Assembly (NCBI GenBank): GCA_905178155.1
Contig: CAJINV010000006.1
Location: 4,703,795 to 4,767,794, forward strand
Reading direction: 5' to 3'
Length of the DNA stretch: 64,000 nucleotides
DNA from: Amoebophrya sp. A120
Lineage: Eukaryota > Protista > Dinoflagellata
Part shown: positions 37,943 through 50,048 of the stretch, in pieces
Layout: each line of letters starts with the position of its first letter
Numbering within the stretch: position 1 is the stretch's first letter
Program-made: the position numbers and the translations under genes
The notes under the pieces: model-generated
Seen by the model: the letters and a program-made list of their open reading frames with translations, nothing else
What the model was told of the DNA's origin: nothing
Database searches by the model: none

Positions 37943-38621
37943 AGGAAAGAAGTAGTTGTATACTTTTGGTTTTAGATTCCGATTTGATCATGTGGATCGA
38001 AAACTACGATTACCATTACCTCAACCCTATTTACACGTATCGAAGGGTCCGCTGCATCCACCACTTTGATTTGCATGCATGATCTTGTTCTGAAACAGAA
38101 TCATTCCACCAAGCTACACGAGATACACGACGCAAATTGATATTCATCTTTTTACGGCAACGAATATTATCGGTGTTGATTCGAAAATGAAAACCTCCAG
38201 ATCGTGTCCGATTTTGGGCCTGTAGTTTCTCGGTGTGCTTGAAATGATGTTTTTCCACCGACGACGAGTGTTCCCTCGAAAATTTGAAGTAGAGCAGCTC
38301 AGAAATGAATTTCGAAGTCGAGTTATCAGAACATCAAAACACATAGCACCAGCATTGTTCCTGCCCTGCAATGACAACGAGGACGAAAAATGAACCCTAC
38401 TTCTGTGCTCTGTTCTTTGTTTTTGCAGGCTACTTCCGAGTCTTGGTCTCTTCGGTGCTACGCTCGACTGCCTTTTTGTGAAGTAGCTTGTTTCCTGTCT
38501 ATTGTCAAGATATTATCTAAGCGACGATCTATTTGATACGGCTGAGAGAAGTAGATAATGAAGATCTAGCGTAGCTTCCATTTAAGTATTTCTTTCACGA
38601 CTGTTGCTCTATGGTCTCACT

Positions 38622-41600
38622 ATGACCCCGAAGAGTGTTTTGGCTTTGTACTCGATTATTACCAGCTTCATTGCGTCAACCACCTCAGTGTCTTCAACAT
38701 CCAAGCAGGAGGTTCTTCCGCCGCAAATCTTCGTCCGGGCTGCAGAACAACTTTCTTCCGTCGGTCGTCCACAAGAGCCAGACCCCGCGCAAGCGGCTCA
38801 CGCGAAGAAAGACCACGACGCTCACCTCCATAACAAGGGGAGCGCACGAACCCCTCGCCACCGCGGCGGTCGATCTTTACAAACCTCCACTTCTCTTACG
38901 GAACGTGGAAGCCGGCGCAGAACGTTCCCGCCCACCCCAGGAACCTTATTGGAACAACGTGATTCCGCGGTTGTTTCGTCCGACGCTGAGGCGGAAGAGC
39001 CCTCTGTTGAAGGTGGAGCTTCCGCCGTCAGGCCGCATCATCACAACACGAACAGGAACATAAATCACGATAACGAAAATTACAAGCAGCAGCGAGACAC
39101 TGAAAAGACCATGGTGTTATCGCAGCAACTCGCCGGGAATAATTACCCGGATCAGCCAGGAGTTGCCAGTTCCTCCCTAGCAGCGGATCAACATTCTGCG
39201 ACCGCTAGTACGGGCGGCACAGCGACTCACCATACTTCCAGCGGATCTTTCCGACCCGGGAATTTCTGGGTCCAGCCACTACTGTTCTCGGTCATCGCCG
39301 GCGCGTCGACCTCCATCGGCGCATTGATCGTCGTTCTGAATCAGGGGCGGATGACAAACCGGATGATGGCATTTTCTCTCTCCCTGGCTTCCGGCGTGAT
39401 GACCGCCGTGTCGCTTCTCTCTTTGCAGGAGGTTTTCGCTAAGGAAAAACACGAACAGGCGCATACGGTGAAAGAGATTTTCGGCTCTCTGTGCTTCATC
39501 GCGCTGGGGGCGGTGTTTTACTTTATGTTATCCAAATTCGCGCTGCCGGACACCCAGGACTACGTTTTGGATGACGTAGAGCAGCAGCAGTTCAAAGCGA
39601 GGCGCTCCGCAGGTGGAACTACAGGTCTGGACCCCTTTTCCAGCAAGGATGACCCCGACAAACAACTTTCCCATGACACCCAGTGCCAGTCCGACCCGGA
39701 CAACAGTTCCCACCCGAACTCCGACCCGGAGAAAGCGGCGATTTTAGGAAAAGAGCACCACCATCGGACGATCTTGAGCCCCGATGTGGTACGAGTGCAC
39801 TCCGGGTCTTCCATCCTTCAAAACGACACAACGGCCGCGGGGAAAAAAATCAGCTACAGCGATTCGCCGCCTGCATGGGTGGGGGCGGGTGGTTCATCTC
39901 CGCGGGGACGCGGGCCGAATAATTCGAAGGCGGCCGCAGCAGCTATGGCGTTCTCAAATGTTACATTCTCAACTGTTGCATGAATTTTCGATGCAAGGAT
40001 GGCAAAAGTAAAAGGAAGGACCTTGCGCGTGTTGCATGACAGATTTGGAACAGATTCTAAGCCTGGTTGGCCGTCTGAGAATTTGTCATGCGAAACAGCT
40101 TGATGGCGTCGGTAGTCAAGGCAATTTTGCATGACAAATCATGTAACAGTTGAGAGTGTAACAGTTGAGAACGCCATAGCAGCTCACCAGCTAGAAGGAC
40201 CAGTAGTAGAGACATCAAGAACCATCTCCGAGCACAGCAGCAGCAGCACGAACGCAACTGCTGCGGATCACAGGATGATCCGGGTCTTAGCCAGCCCAAC
40301 CTCAGTGTCGACCCCCCGGACGGAACAGGAAATGCACATCGCCGGAGGTGCGATTCTTGCGGCAGAGCAAAATACTTCTAACCAAGGCGATAATAATTCC
40401 AAGTCCACCTCCGTTCTCTCGTCTTCCTCCAGCCACCAGGGCGCTCTTGCGACTAGGAAACGGTCGTGGCGAATCACGATGCTATTATTTCTCTCCCTCT
40501 TGTATGCATTGCAAAAGTGTCTGGGTCTGGAAGAATGCAGCACTTGTCATGCTTGTCTGGCATGACGCTTGGATCTGTGATGCGTAAGCAGGAACGGGGC
40601 CTCCTGCCTGTCATGCAACAACGCAGTTTGCCATGCAGAAAACGAAGCACATGGCACGTGCAAAAACTTGTCATGCTTGGCTGCGTATTGTAGTGCGCCC
40701 ACGATTCACAGATTTGCATCACAAGTTTCCAGACCCAGACATTTTTGCGTTTGATATCTTGCTTCACAACTTCCCGGAAGGATTAGCCGTCGCGATTTCC
40801 ACTCTGGAAAACACGCAACTCGGGATCACCATAACTTTCGGGATTCTAGTCCACAACATCCCGTATCAAGTGTAAAAATGTCTGGGTCTGGAAGAGTGCG
40901 CGATTTGTCATGCTGTTTTTCCATGACCCATGAGGTCTGGAATGCCGGAGCTAGCATGACAGATTCTGCGAGACCTTTCTAATGCCTATCCTGCATGAGA
41001 AACTACCTCCCGACTTGGTCAAAATTGGGCGACTTTTGGTAATCATGCAACACAGATTTTTGCATGCTGCAGATTTAGCATGACAAGTTCCAATCTTCCA
41101 GACCCAGACACTTTTACATTTGATATCCCGGAGGGGATTGCGATCGCGGTCCCCTGCCTGGCAGCGAAGCCGAACCAACCGAAACTCGCCTTCTGGCTCG
41201 CGAGTCTTTCCGGCATCGCCGAGCCGATCGGGGCAGCGCTTGGGCTGCTCTTCGTATCAAATGCAAAAATGTCTGGGTCTGGAAGGAGGCCAGATTTGTC
41301 ATGCAGCTTTTCCATGACCCATGAGGTCTGGAATGCGGGATCTAGCATGACAAACTACGTGAGGTCTTTGCCATGCCTATGCTGCATGAGAAATCCCCTC
41401 CCAACTTGGCCGAAAGTGGGCAGCTTTTGCCACTCATGCAACACAGATTTCTGCATGATGACGATTCAGATTTAGCATGACAGGTTGCAATCTTCCAGAC
41501 CCAGACATATTTGCAATCCATACTTCGTGTCCGTGAGCAACGGGAATTCCAAAGACAACACAACCCTGCCGGTGAAACCGTGTTTAGCTTTCGTGTATCA

Positions 41601-42044
41601 CAAGAAAAACATAAAAGTGTTAACGTTAAACGATTTTCAGATTTTTGCAGTCATGCATCACAAATGTAGCCGAACATGCATGCTAATGCTATGCATTACA
41701 AATTTTGGCACGTCTTGCGATGCATTGCTGCATCACAAATTCCGTTTAAGATTAACACTTTTTCCTGTGATATCGTCGCGGGGGTCATGATGATGGTGGT
41801 GGTTTACGATTTAGTGCCGGAGTCTCTCCGTTGGGACCCGGTGAATAGCGGAAGTGCGACCAGCACGCCGACAGGGATGAACAATAATGCTTTCGCTCAC
41901 CAAACGTCGAGGATGACTACAAAAGTTTCCTCGACTTGGAAAGACTTGGTGAATTGGAACAAGTATTTTTGGGTGAAAATCGGCTTCGCGGCGGGAATGA
42001 TGGTCATGGTCTTCACGGAAATGCTACTGGATTCTGTAATGTAG
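38622..42044 (+). CDS. ZIP family (ZupT/GufA-like) divalent metal transporter
   Basis: Spliced motifs AGASTSIGA, SLASGVM, LLHNFPEGLAV, ILVHNIPEGIAIAVP, SGIAEPIGA, AFVAGVMMMVVVYDLVPES. Five introners. Confidence 0.93.
39944..40178. mobile_element. Introner family J
   Basis: DR gcagc/gcagc. Confidence 0.9.
40503..40756. mobile_element. Introner family B with an A-like outer terminus
   Basis: DR tcttg/tcttg; starts tatgcattgcaaaagtgtctgggtctgg. Confidence 0.9.
40864..41125. mobile_element. Introner family B
   Basis: DR tcccg/tcccg; splits HNIP|EG. Confidence 0.92.
41255..41522. mobile_element. Introner family B
   Basis: DR cttcg/cttcg. Confidence 0.9.
41596..41772. mobile_element. Introner family D
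   Basis: DR tcgtg/tcgtc. Confidence 0.88.
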
Positions 42045-43796
42045 TTATGGCTTCATCACTAGCATGAGAAGATCTCGATGTGATCGAGATTGAAGGAGGG
42101 TCTAGTTGTACCTAGAAGTTTGTCATCACGCCGATTAACTACACCGTGTGTAAGCAAGACCACCACGACCAACAACATCCATGTGTGTGGTTGCTGTAAC
42201 TTTCCGGCAGTGAGGATAGAGGCGATCACGAATCGAGACCTCGAAAAATCACTGTACTCGTCTCAGTACTATCCCATATTCCGCAGTAGGGTCGTTGCTC
42301 CCTTCGTCCTTCTTTACGCTTCGCACTTAGTCCGTGCGATAGATGATGAAATGGTATACGTAATATACTTGAGTGTTCAAAAATAATATTCAGCAGCTGC
42401 ATGATCCCATTGATCTACTATAATCCTTATGTCACAGAGACGAGATCTGACAAGCCACACAGGTTCATCTTTTCGGAAAAATTGATGTTGTTCTATTGGT
42501 AGAAGGCGAGATCATGATCATCTGTTGTTTTTCAATACGAGAAAGAAATTTTTTTCTACGTGATGATGATTCTGGTGAAACGGACAGCGGAACAGACGCG
42601 AGGTATCTTCATTGGGGGATTTTCCATTGTTCTTGAGCTTACCGTCGCGCTTGGCCGATTTCGGCTCCTGAAGGGGGTCAATCCGGGACCTCCTTTTTGG
42701 CCTCCCCCGAGAGCGGGAACCACGACGGTATGCTGGATCTCGATAGAGGTCCTTTTTGGGGGGTTTCTGCGATTCAAAAGGGCCTTATTTGAATCGGCAA
42801 ATTGCAAAGCCGTGGAATTTGCACTTTCCGCATTACATTCTATTCAAAAAGTGCCGCGATCTGCTCTTTTTGTGCAGGTTTTTGGCGGATACGCGGCGGC
42901 ACGCGGCTGATGCACGGCGCCAAGGCTGAAGAAATACAGGCGGAGCCCCGCGCTGTTGCCCAATAAGCTTTGGCGGCCAGAAGAAAAGGACCACGAACAA
43001 AAAGGCCGCCAGCCAGAGACGAGGGTCTTCCACTGGTGGGGGGACCGGCAAACGCTGCCCCACCGATCACAGGCACCTACAGGAAAGGCGCAGAAGCTGC
43101 CGTGGGGTGGGCCCAAGTGGAGATATAGCACATCGTAACGCCCGGCCAAGGCGGCATGCTCAGCAGCACACTTGGAAAATTGCCAAAAGTCCGCACCGCT
43201 AGCACCGGGCCCCTGGGTAGCCTGGCGGCGCAAGCGTCATGTGTTTTTATTCGGTGGCGCTGCGCCATGTTTGGCAATGCGGCCGCAGCGTGTCTTTTTC
43301 CCTCTCCCGGTGGCAACGCCTGTAGCCCAAACTGAAATCGGCCACGCCACCATCCTCCACAAGAGGTCTGCCAGACTTTTCGTGGCCCGCAACCAAGAGA
43401 AAAAGCAAAGCGGATGACGAGAGTGGCGCCGCATTGTGTCGGGGTTGGGGCCCCCACTACGCAACGGCGGGCGCGTTTTTCGTCGCTAGGCTTTCGGCTC
43501 CTTTTTCTTTGTATGTATGCGAGAAAAACCGCGCAGGAGACAGCGCCACCTAGGCGGTGGCAGAATAATGGACCGCGCGTTGGCGCCACTCTGACTAGCT
43601 CCGGTTGGGGACGGCCCTGCTTTTTTAGGTGCATAGCCCGTCGCCTCTCTGCCGCCGCTCACGTGAAGCCGCTATTTCCGACAGCGGTTGCGGCCACGTT
43701 TTGGGGCCAAGTAGTGGAGGGCGTGGGCCTGGGAGGCATCTGTTGGATCGCCTACTCTGTTGGCCCTTGCTTCTGCAAATGCTTCGGGTTCATGAA

Positions 43797-45258
43797 TAGG
43801 GATGGACGAAGTACATAAAGCGCAATGTTGCAAATCCGAATAGATATGCTGTTTTGCGGCGCTAAGGCGAGCGGCTCGCCCGATGCCAATGCCGTTCGGG
43901 CCGCCTTCTAGCTGATCGTAGCGTTCTGGGCGTGGTCCGCAGGTTGTTATGGGTGTGGTGCGCGTGCCTGCACTTTATCCCTTCGGGGGCCGACTTCGTG
44001 TGGGCGCGCAGTCGGTTGAATGTTGGCCGCCATGCGCTCAGGCGCGCGCGCGCCTGAGCAGATTGGGGGGATAACCAGCCCCGCGGCGGCCAAGCAGCCG
44101 CGGGGGCCTTGGGTTCTTCGGAATACCGGAGACGGCGCGCCTCTGTTAAAGGTGGCCCATTTCAGTGGCCGGCATTTAGTGGCGCCAGCTGGGGCGCCGC
44201 CAGGACAGGCACACGCGCAGCAGCTGTGAGGCGGGCCAGGACCAGGGCCAAGAAATAGCCAGTGGCGCCAGTTGTGGCCGGACGGGGGGTTGGGGCGTAT
44301 GCGTCCAGACAGCTGGCCGCGCGCCCAGACAGCTGGCGCACTGCTTGACTCGGCGCGGCCATGCAGCCCCTAAGTGAAGCTTTGGCCGGGAATCGTGTTG
44401 GCAGGGTTCCGGGCTGCACGGCACGGCTTTGCCGATGCCTTCGGTTCGGGCGGTGTTCGCTGGGAAATAGAATTCGGACCATTGCCGAATTCTATTCGGC
44501 CGGTTGGCCATTTTCCCGCACGTGCGCGCTTTCTGGCCAACCGGCCAAATAGAATCCGGCACGGGGCCCAATTCTATCGGCTGCGGAGACCGTCCAGGGT
44601 GGGCTTTGGGTCCGGTTCACGCTGGGGGTTGCTTGTGTGCGTCGTGTTTGGCAGGCGCACCCCCTCCCCCCCTCCGGTGGCCCAGCGCTGACCTTTTTCA
44701 TTGTTGTTTGTGCCGCCCGTCGCAAAGCCCCGCGCCTTCCCAAGCTCGCACAGGGACCAGCAACAACGCAGCGGCCCCCTTGGGTATTGCAGTCCCTGTT
44801 GTTCTGCCGCCCCGTTTCTTTGTGGATGCAAAACCCGACGGCGCGCGCCGGCGGGCAATTTGCATCGGCAGCACCATGCCATTGGGGGCGTTGCGTTGCC
44901 CTCCACAAGTTGAAACGCTCCCTGTTGGGCTATTTCCGTGGGCCCGTGATGGTAATTGTCGGAGCCGTGGCAAGGGGCTGTGAATATCTTGGCCCCTGTG
45001 TTGGCAATTTGTCGGGCAACCTGCGGCCCGGGAGGTGCATACATCAACATCAGCCGCGCGACCGCGCACCAGTTCAATTTGGTGAAGTGTAGCATCTCCC
45101 GAACAATTGCAGGGGCGTGGCATTCCGCGCTCCAACAATTGCTCCGCGCATTGGGAGACTCCGGATCTTCATAGGCCCAAACAGTTCGGTGGGATGGCCA
45201 AAGCAGCCATATCTATCGGAAGTTGCAACATTGCGTTTTTGCATTTTGTCCAACCATA
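43797..45258. mobile_element. hAT-like non-autonomous foldback element, about 1.46 kb
   Basis: 8-bp TSD ttcatgaa; TAGGG.. terminus; degenerate TIR of 60 bp or more; central palindrome at about 44445-44595. Confidence 0.65.
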
Positions 45259-46373
45259 TTCATGAATGCAGGCGCTCGCCTTGCCCTTTCTTATTTTTAT
45301 TGCGTTCACATATGCCAAAGTAACGAGCTCAACCTCAAGTCGAGATCGGCCTAGCTGTTTCGTTTGATACTCTTCTGGGCGACGTTTCGACGAGGGCAAA
45401 AAAACATGCAAAATGCAGCACAGCAGCAGCGCTGTTTTTTTCAAGACTCAGGAAATGCCTGGAATGTGAAAAAAAATTTTTGAATCGCTTGACTTTGAAT
45501 CGCTCAGACGATCTCATAGATGATGACTCTGGTGAAAGAAACGGACAGCGGAACAGACGCGAGGTCTCTTTTATTGAGATCATTGCGCTTTCTTTTTTCA
45601 GATCAACAACGACACAAATCGACAACACACAATGACCACGCGTTGTATATATATTTATAAGTATATTACGACGCTCCTTTACGCGCGTCAAAAAATTTCA
45701 TATTTTATTTTTAACAAAAAAAAAATACGGCATTTTTGAAGTAGTTCTAGAGCGCGAGGTTCTTCCTCAGATGTTCACAGATCTGTAAAAGAGAGACTTG
45801 CACTGCATAGAGAGATGGGAGAGATAGCTTGCAGCACCGATTCCGAGCTCTCTTGATTTCCAGCGAACGAAATAAGGCTGGAGCCGCAGATCATGATCGA
45901 TCTGCATCCTGTCGGCAAACGGGATGTAGGTTTAGGCCGGCGCTTAAGGCGATAGGTGAAGACGTTCACCACCAGCAGACCGCAAGAATCTAAACATGAA
46001 AGAATTCGCTCTCAATTCGCTCTCTCACTCTTCACTGCAAATCTGTAATGCTATTTTACCTCCAGGCAAAGAACTGCAACGTCCTGCTTCTCGATCATTT
46101 TTCTCCTCCTTCGCTCCAATGTGCACATGCTTTTAGCATGGTATGGACATGATTTCGAAAAATGATATCTATTTGTCTTTGCCTCCTTCCTTCCTCTTCA
46201 TTGTTTTTGCGTAGCAAGCGAAGTTCCATTCCACAGGCAGAAAATCAAGTGCAAGGAAAACGCGAAAGTTTAAATTGCTACTAACGAAGTAGTATTTGCC
46301 ATTTAGTTTTTTGTTTTTGTTTACTTCAAATGCATAAAAGATGTATCTCTATTATCACTTTTTTCCTTCGATA

Positions 46374-47534
46374 ATGTTGAAGCAGTATTTACTACGCACC
46401 CAGCTCGCAGTTTTGCGGCGCTGCGTTTGTTTTCTGCTGCTCGGCGGTTGCATCAGCCGATTTTGGTTCTTTCAAATAAATTATGGCGAACCGAACCAGC
46501 AGCCACAAATAAGCTTGCAGATGGTAAACGCAGTCAAGCTCACCTCTTCTAGTCGCAGTGCGGATCCGCAGCCGGTAGTCCCCGAACGACCGCAGCAGTT
46601 GCAGCACCCGACTTTTGAAGAGGACCCCGATCAGGTATTAAGAAGCTGGAACGTCTGGAATCGCGAGATCGTCCCCGCGGTAGCGTACCTCAGAAACCAC
46701 CAGGACCAGCACCTTCCAGCCACCTCGTCCCGGTCAGCGCGTCGGGAAGATGACAACGGCCCGGCGGTCCCGCGTCTACTTTTCTCCTACGCTGCGTGTC
46801 CACTGGCGCCCCATCCGCGCGACGTGCCGTTTCCGGAAAAACTGCTTTCTTGCTACCCGTATAATTCGCCTTCCGCACACGAACTGCGTCTGACGAGACT
46901 CGGCCTATTATTTCCGCAGCAGCCACAGCAGGAGCCCTACGAGTGGTCGGCATCGGGTGACAAATCATCCAGTTCTACTACGTGGTCTACCGACGGCGAC
47001 CGGCAGGCTCACTGGTTCTCCGGGACCGGCCACGATCTTCTGGATGTAGTCCCGTCCTCCACCTCCAGGAGGACGGTGAGAAATTATACAGGCATAACTG
47101 ATCGCGGTGGTCCAGCTGTCTTGAGTGACGAGAAAAACGCCGTTCTTGACCTCGTGGCGGGCAGCGGCAGTACTGATCCGGTTGACCGGCGGGGCACAAG
47201 AACCACCGGCGGCGCCGACGTCGAGCAACCAACAGTAGCAGCAGCAGATGACAACCACCCCAAACCGCCACCACATCCAGCAAAAGCAAAACCTGAACCC
47301 CGCCGCCCGCTTCCCCTTTCCGCAGCCGAAAAGGCGAAGACCCGAGAAGCTCTGCTCAGCACTCGCGCTGAGATGGACGCCCGGGTGCGGTCTCCCCTGA
47401 TGTTGAAAAGCGCCCACAAGGTCAGCGCTGTGGACGCGTTGATGCTTGAGCTGCCTGCGACAGTTGCAGCAGGACGGTGGAAGGAACCTTCAAAAGCCTC
47501 AATTTACGCACGGGGTCACAATTCTACTTTTTGA
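46374..47534 (+). CDS. Secreted hypothetical protein, paralog 1; 3' end interrupted by a TIR element
   Basis: Hydrophobic N-terminus. Shares NVWNREIVPAVA.LRNH and CPLAPHPRDVPFPEKLLSCY with the gene at 50714. The homologous ending (tgtttag) reappears at 49432-49438. Confidence 0.65.
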   Translation: MLKQYLLRTQLAVLRRCVCFLLLGGCISRFWFFQINYGEPNQQPQISLQMVNAVKLTSSSRSADPQPVVPERPQQLQHPTFEEDPDQVLRSWNVWNREIVPAVAYLRNHQDQHLPATSSRSARREDDNGPAVPRLLFSYAACPLAPHPRDVPFPEKLLSCYPYNSPSAHELRLTRLGLLFPQQPQQEPYEWSASGDKSSSSTTWSTDGDRQAHWFSGTGHDLLDVVPSSTSRRTVRNYTGITDRGGPAVLSDEKNAVLDLVAGSGSTDPVDRRGTRTTGGADVEQPTVAAADDNHPKPPPHPAKAKPEPRRPLPLSAAEKAKTREALLSTRAEMDARVRSPLMLKSAHKVSAVDALMLELPATVAAGRWKEPSKASIYARGHNSTF

Positions 47535-49360
47535 CACGGGTTCCAGCGCAAAAACCAAAGGGCAAAGCGGGGCCGCAAGTAGGTCGTGGCAGTTGCTTCG
47601 GTTTGAAAAATCACAAACAGATGAAAAACTAGGGCGCGAAACAAGGCGAAGGAGCGGCATCACATGGAGAAGCAAAATGCTGGATAAGCCCGCTCGTGCT
47701 GAGGGAACAGAAAAGCACTTTTCCGGAGGTATCTAGGGGGCCAAAAATTCCTGCATGCGTGTCCTCCACGCGGGCGGCCCCTGGGTGCGTCGCTATGGTT
47801 GTCAATCCGCGTGAGGGGTGAAAAGGGATTGGGCGTAGCAACTCACGCCGTTGTACCTTGAGCCATCCAAAGTGCCGACATCGCAAGCTTTGACACATTG
47901 ATCTTGTAGTCCACAAGTCTCAACTAAGTGTGTGCAGATCTGGCGCGACAGGTTTTCGGCATTCAGGGCATTGGTGTCAACCTGAAGCGTCGCTTATTGA
48001 GACTTGTGGATTATGAAATCGATGTCAAGCGTGTTGCAGTGGGAGGTTTTTGGCTCAAGGTATTGCGTCGTGACTTGTTATGCCCAGTCCCATTTCACCC
48101 TTCGCGCGGCATGGCGGGTGCGCAATTCGCTTTGTAGCCCTTGAGTTTTCCGTCGGGAGTAGGGCTCTGCAGCATGGCCTGGTGCGCGATATTAATCCGC
48201 GCCCCATACCATGGTGGCACATTTTATTCTGGGTGGTACGCTGCAGATGTCTTCTGTAGTTGATGTCTTTGGAGGCTCGCCGACTCTGATCGCCGGAGCC
48301 CACCCGGCGATGTGAAGCGCCATGATTTGGATCCGACGAACAAGGGTGGGCTAGGTTGTCTGTTTTCCAAAAAGTTCTAAACCCCGCTAGTGGGTGGGCA
48401 CTAGCGGGGGTTAGGGTCAGACGAATGTAACCCACCTTTGTTCATCCTAGAACAAATGAACAAGGGTGGGCTGCATTCGTCCGAAGCTAACCCCCGCTAG
48501 TGCCCACCCACTAGCGGGGGTTAGACCTTTTTGAAAAAAAGCAGATGTAACCCACCCTTGTTCGGCCATGTCAAAGAGTGCAGAAAGTAAGCAGCCTGCT
48601 AAAGTCAGCAGCCGGGATGCCAGCCCCGGTGGATATGATCGGGAACGACCATGCTTCTGAAGTGCAAATATTTTTGTAGAACTTTATTCGCCATGGAGTG
48701 GTCGTCTCTTAGCAGGTATCTTTCTCTTTGCTTTTGATAAGATGTCGGCCCAGCAGGACTTCTAGCAACAAAGAGAGGGAGGTGGCTGGTTGGGTGGTCG
48801 GTTGTGCGGGTGTTGCCCTTCGCTCCCAATGGATTAGTGCAAACAAAAGGACAGAGCAGCTGTTGCAGAAGCTGACCCAGAGCCAGCAGTCGACCCCGGC
48901 AATTCAAGTCGCCGCGGGCTCTGCAGCGCTGGGAGGCCCTGTGGCGGATGAGTAGAGGCATGCCTGAAGAGGTGGATTGCCGGGCACCTATTCTGTGTCA
49001 GATTCATTCAGCGCGCCCCGAGTATCTTTTGCGATGCCTTTCCGCGCGCCATTTTGAGGCAGGCAGGCGCTGCGCGCGTGAGCGTGCTTTGTAGACGGCC
49101 CGGCGTTGTGCTATGCATGTGCCTACTAGACACTATCATAGAAGAGGGCACTTTGGCACTGACTTAAAGTGCCCTCTTCTATGAATGCGGCGGCTCGGGG
49201 GGCACTAAAACAGGCGCAGCCGCAAAAACAGGCACAGAAACAGCTACAGACACAAGCGGAAAATCAGGCACGCAAAAAGGTGCAAAAACAGGCACAAACG
49301 CAAGCGATGCGGGCTAGGCGCACCAAGCCCAAAAAGAAGACAATTGTGACCCCGTGCTTA
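47505..49360. mobile_element. TIR element, about 1.86 kb, inserted in the 3' end of paralog 1
   Basis: tacgcacggggtcacaattctactttttg / caaaaagaagacaattgtgaccccgtgctta, flanked by aatt on both sides. Confidence 0.7.
48337..48564. repeat. Compound palindrome / MITE-like element
   Basis: Two inverted arms of about 110 bp, each with gaacaagggtggg..cccacc(c/t)ttgttc ends and a ccccgctagtg..cactagcgggg hairpin. Confidence 0.8.
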
Positions 49361-49967
49361 AATTCCGATAGTCGAAGTAAATTGGACCGACGGCGCGCGA
49401 AGAAATTGACAGAGCAGTCCTCCGCGTGGTCTGTTTAGAACGCATAATTTGTCAACTTTGTCTAGTAGTTTCTTACCTCGTTTGATGGGCAACAGAAGTT
49501 TCTGCTGCAGCCTGCAGCGTCTGCTGTGCTGCGTACCGAAGGAACAATAGTGCCGTCGGTCGTTGAGACCTTATGGCACTAGGCAAAACTCGAGAAAATT
49601 TTTCTGTAGGCAGAACCCGACAAAAAAATTTTTTGAAAATCGTGCTTTTCGACGGCTTTTCTAAGCTAGATGCTCACTCATCTGCAACTCGCCAAGGCCA
49701 GCCCTTCGGGAAATAATGAAAAGAAAAAACAAGAATTACTCCTTCGCATAGTGTAGTTGTCATCTCGATGAATTAATCACACGATAACCAAGCGCAGCTA
49801 CATTTTTCTACTTCTTGTATGCACGGCTCTGGCCGCACAGGCGTTGAAGACATTTCCGGCAAGCTTTTGTGGACTACAACTTCTGACGATGCTGATAAAG
49901 GACAAACTGCGAAACGTTTCTTGGAAGAACCCTGTGTCTACTGCGACAACAGGTTTTGAAGTTCTGG

Positions 49968-50048
49968 AAGAATTGTAAAATCCATTGAATTGCAAAATCC
50001 AAGAATGCGTGTGTAAATTGCAAAATCCAAGAATTGTAAAATCCAAGA
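49968..50048. repeat. Four copies of aattg(t/c)aaaatcca
   Basis: Read directly from the sequence. Confidence 0.75.

Noticed and set aside
48048-48059. ttttggctcaag matching the 3' half of DinoSL
   Set aside because: It lies inside an inverted repeat within a TIR element, not upstream of a gene, so chance is likely.
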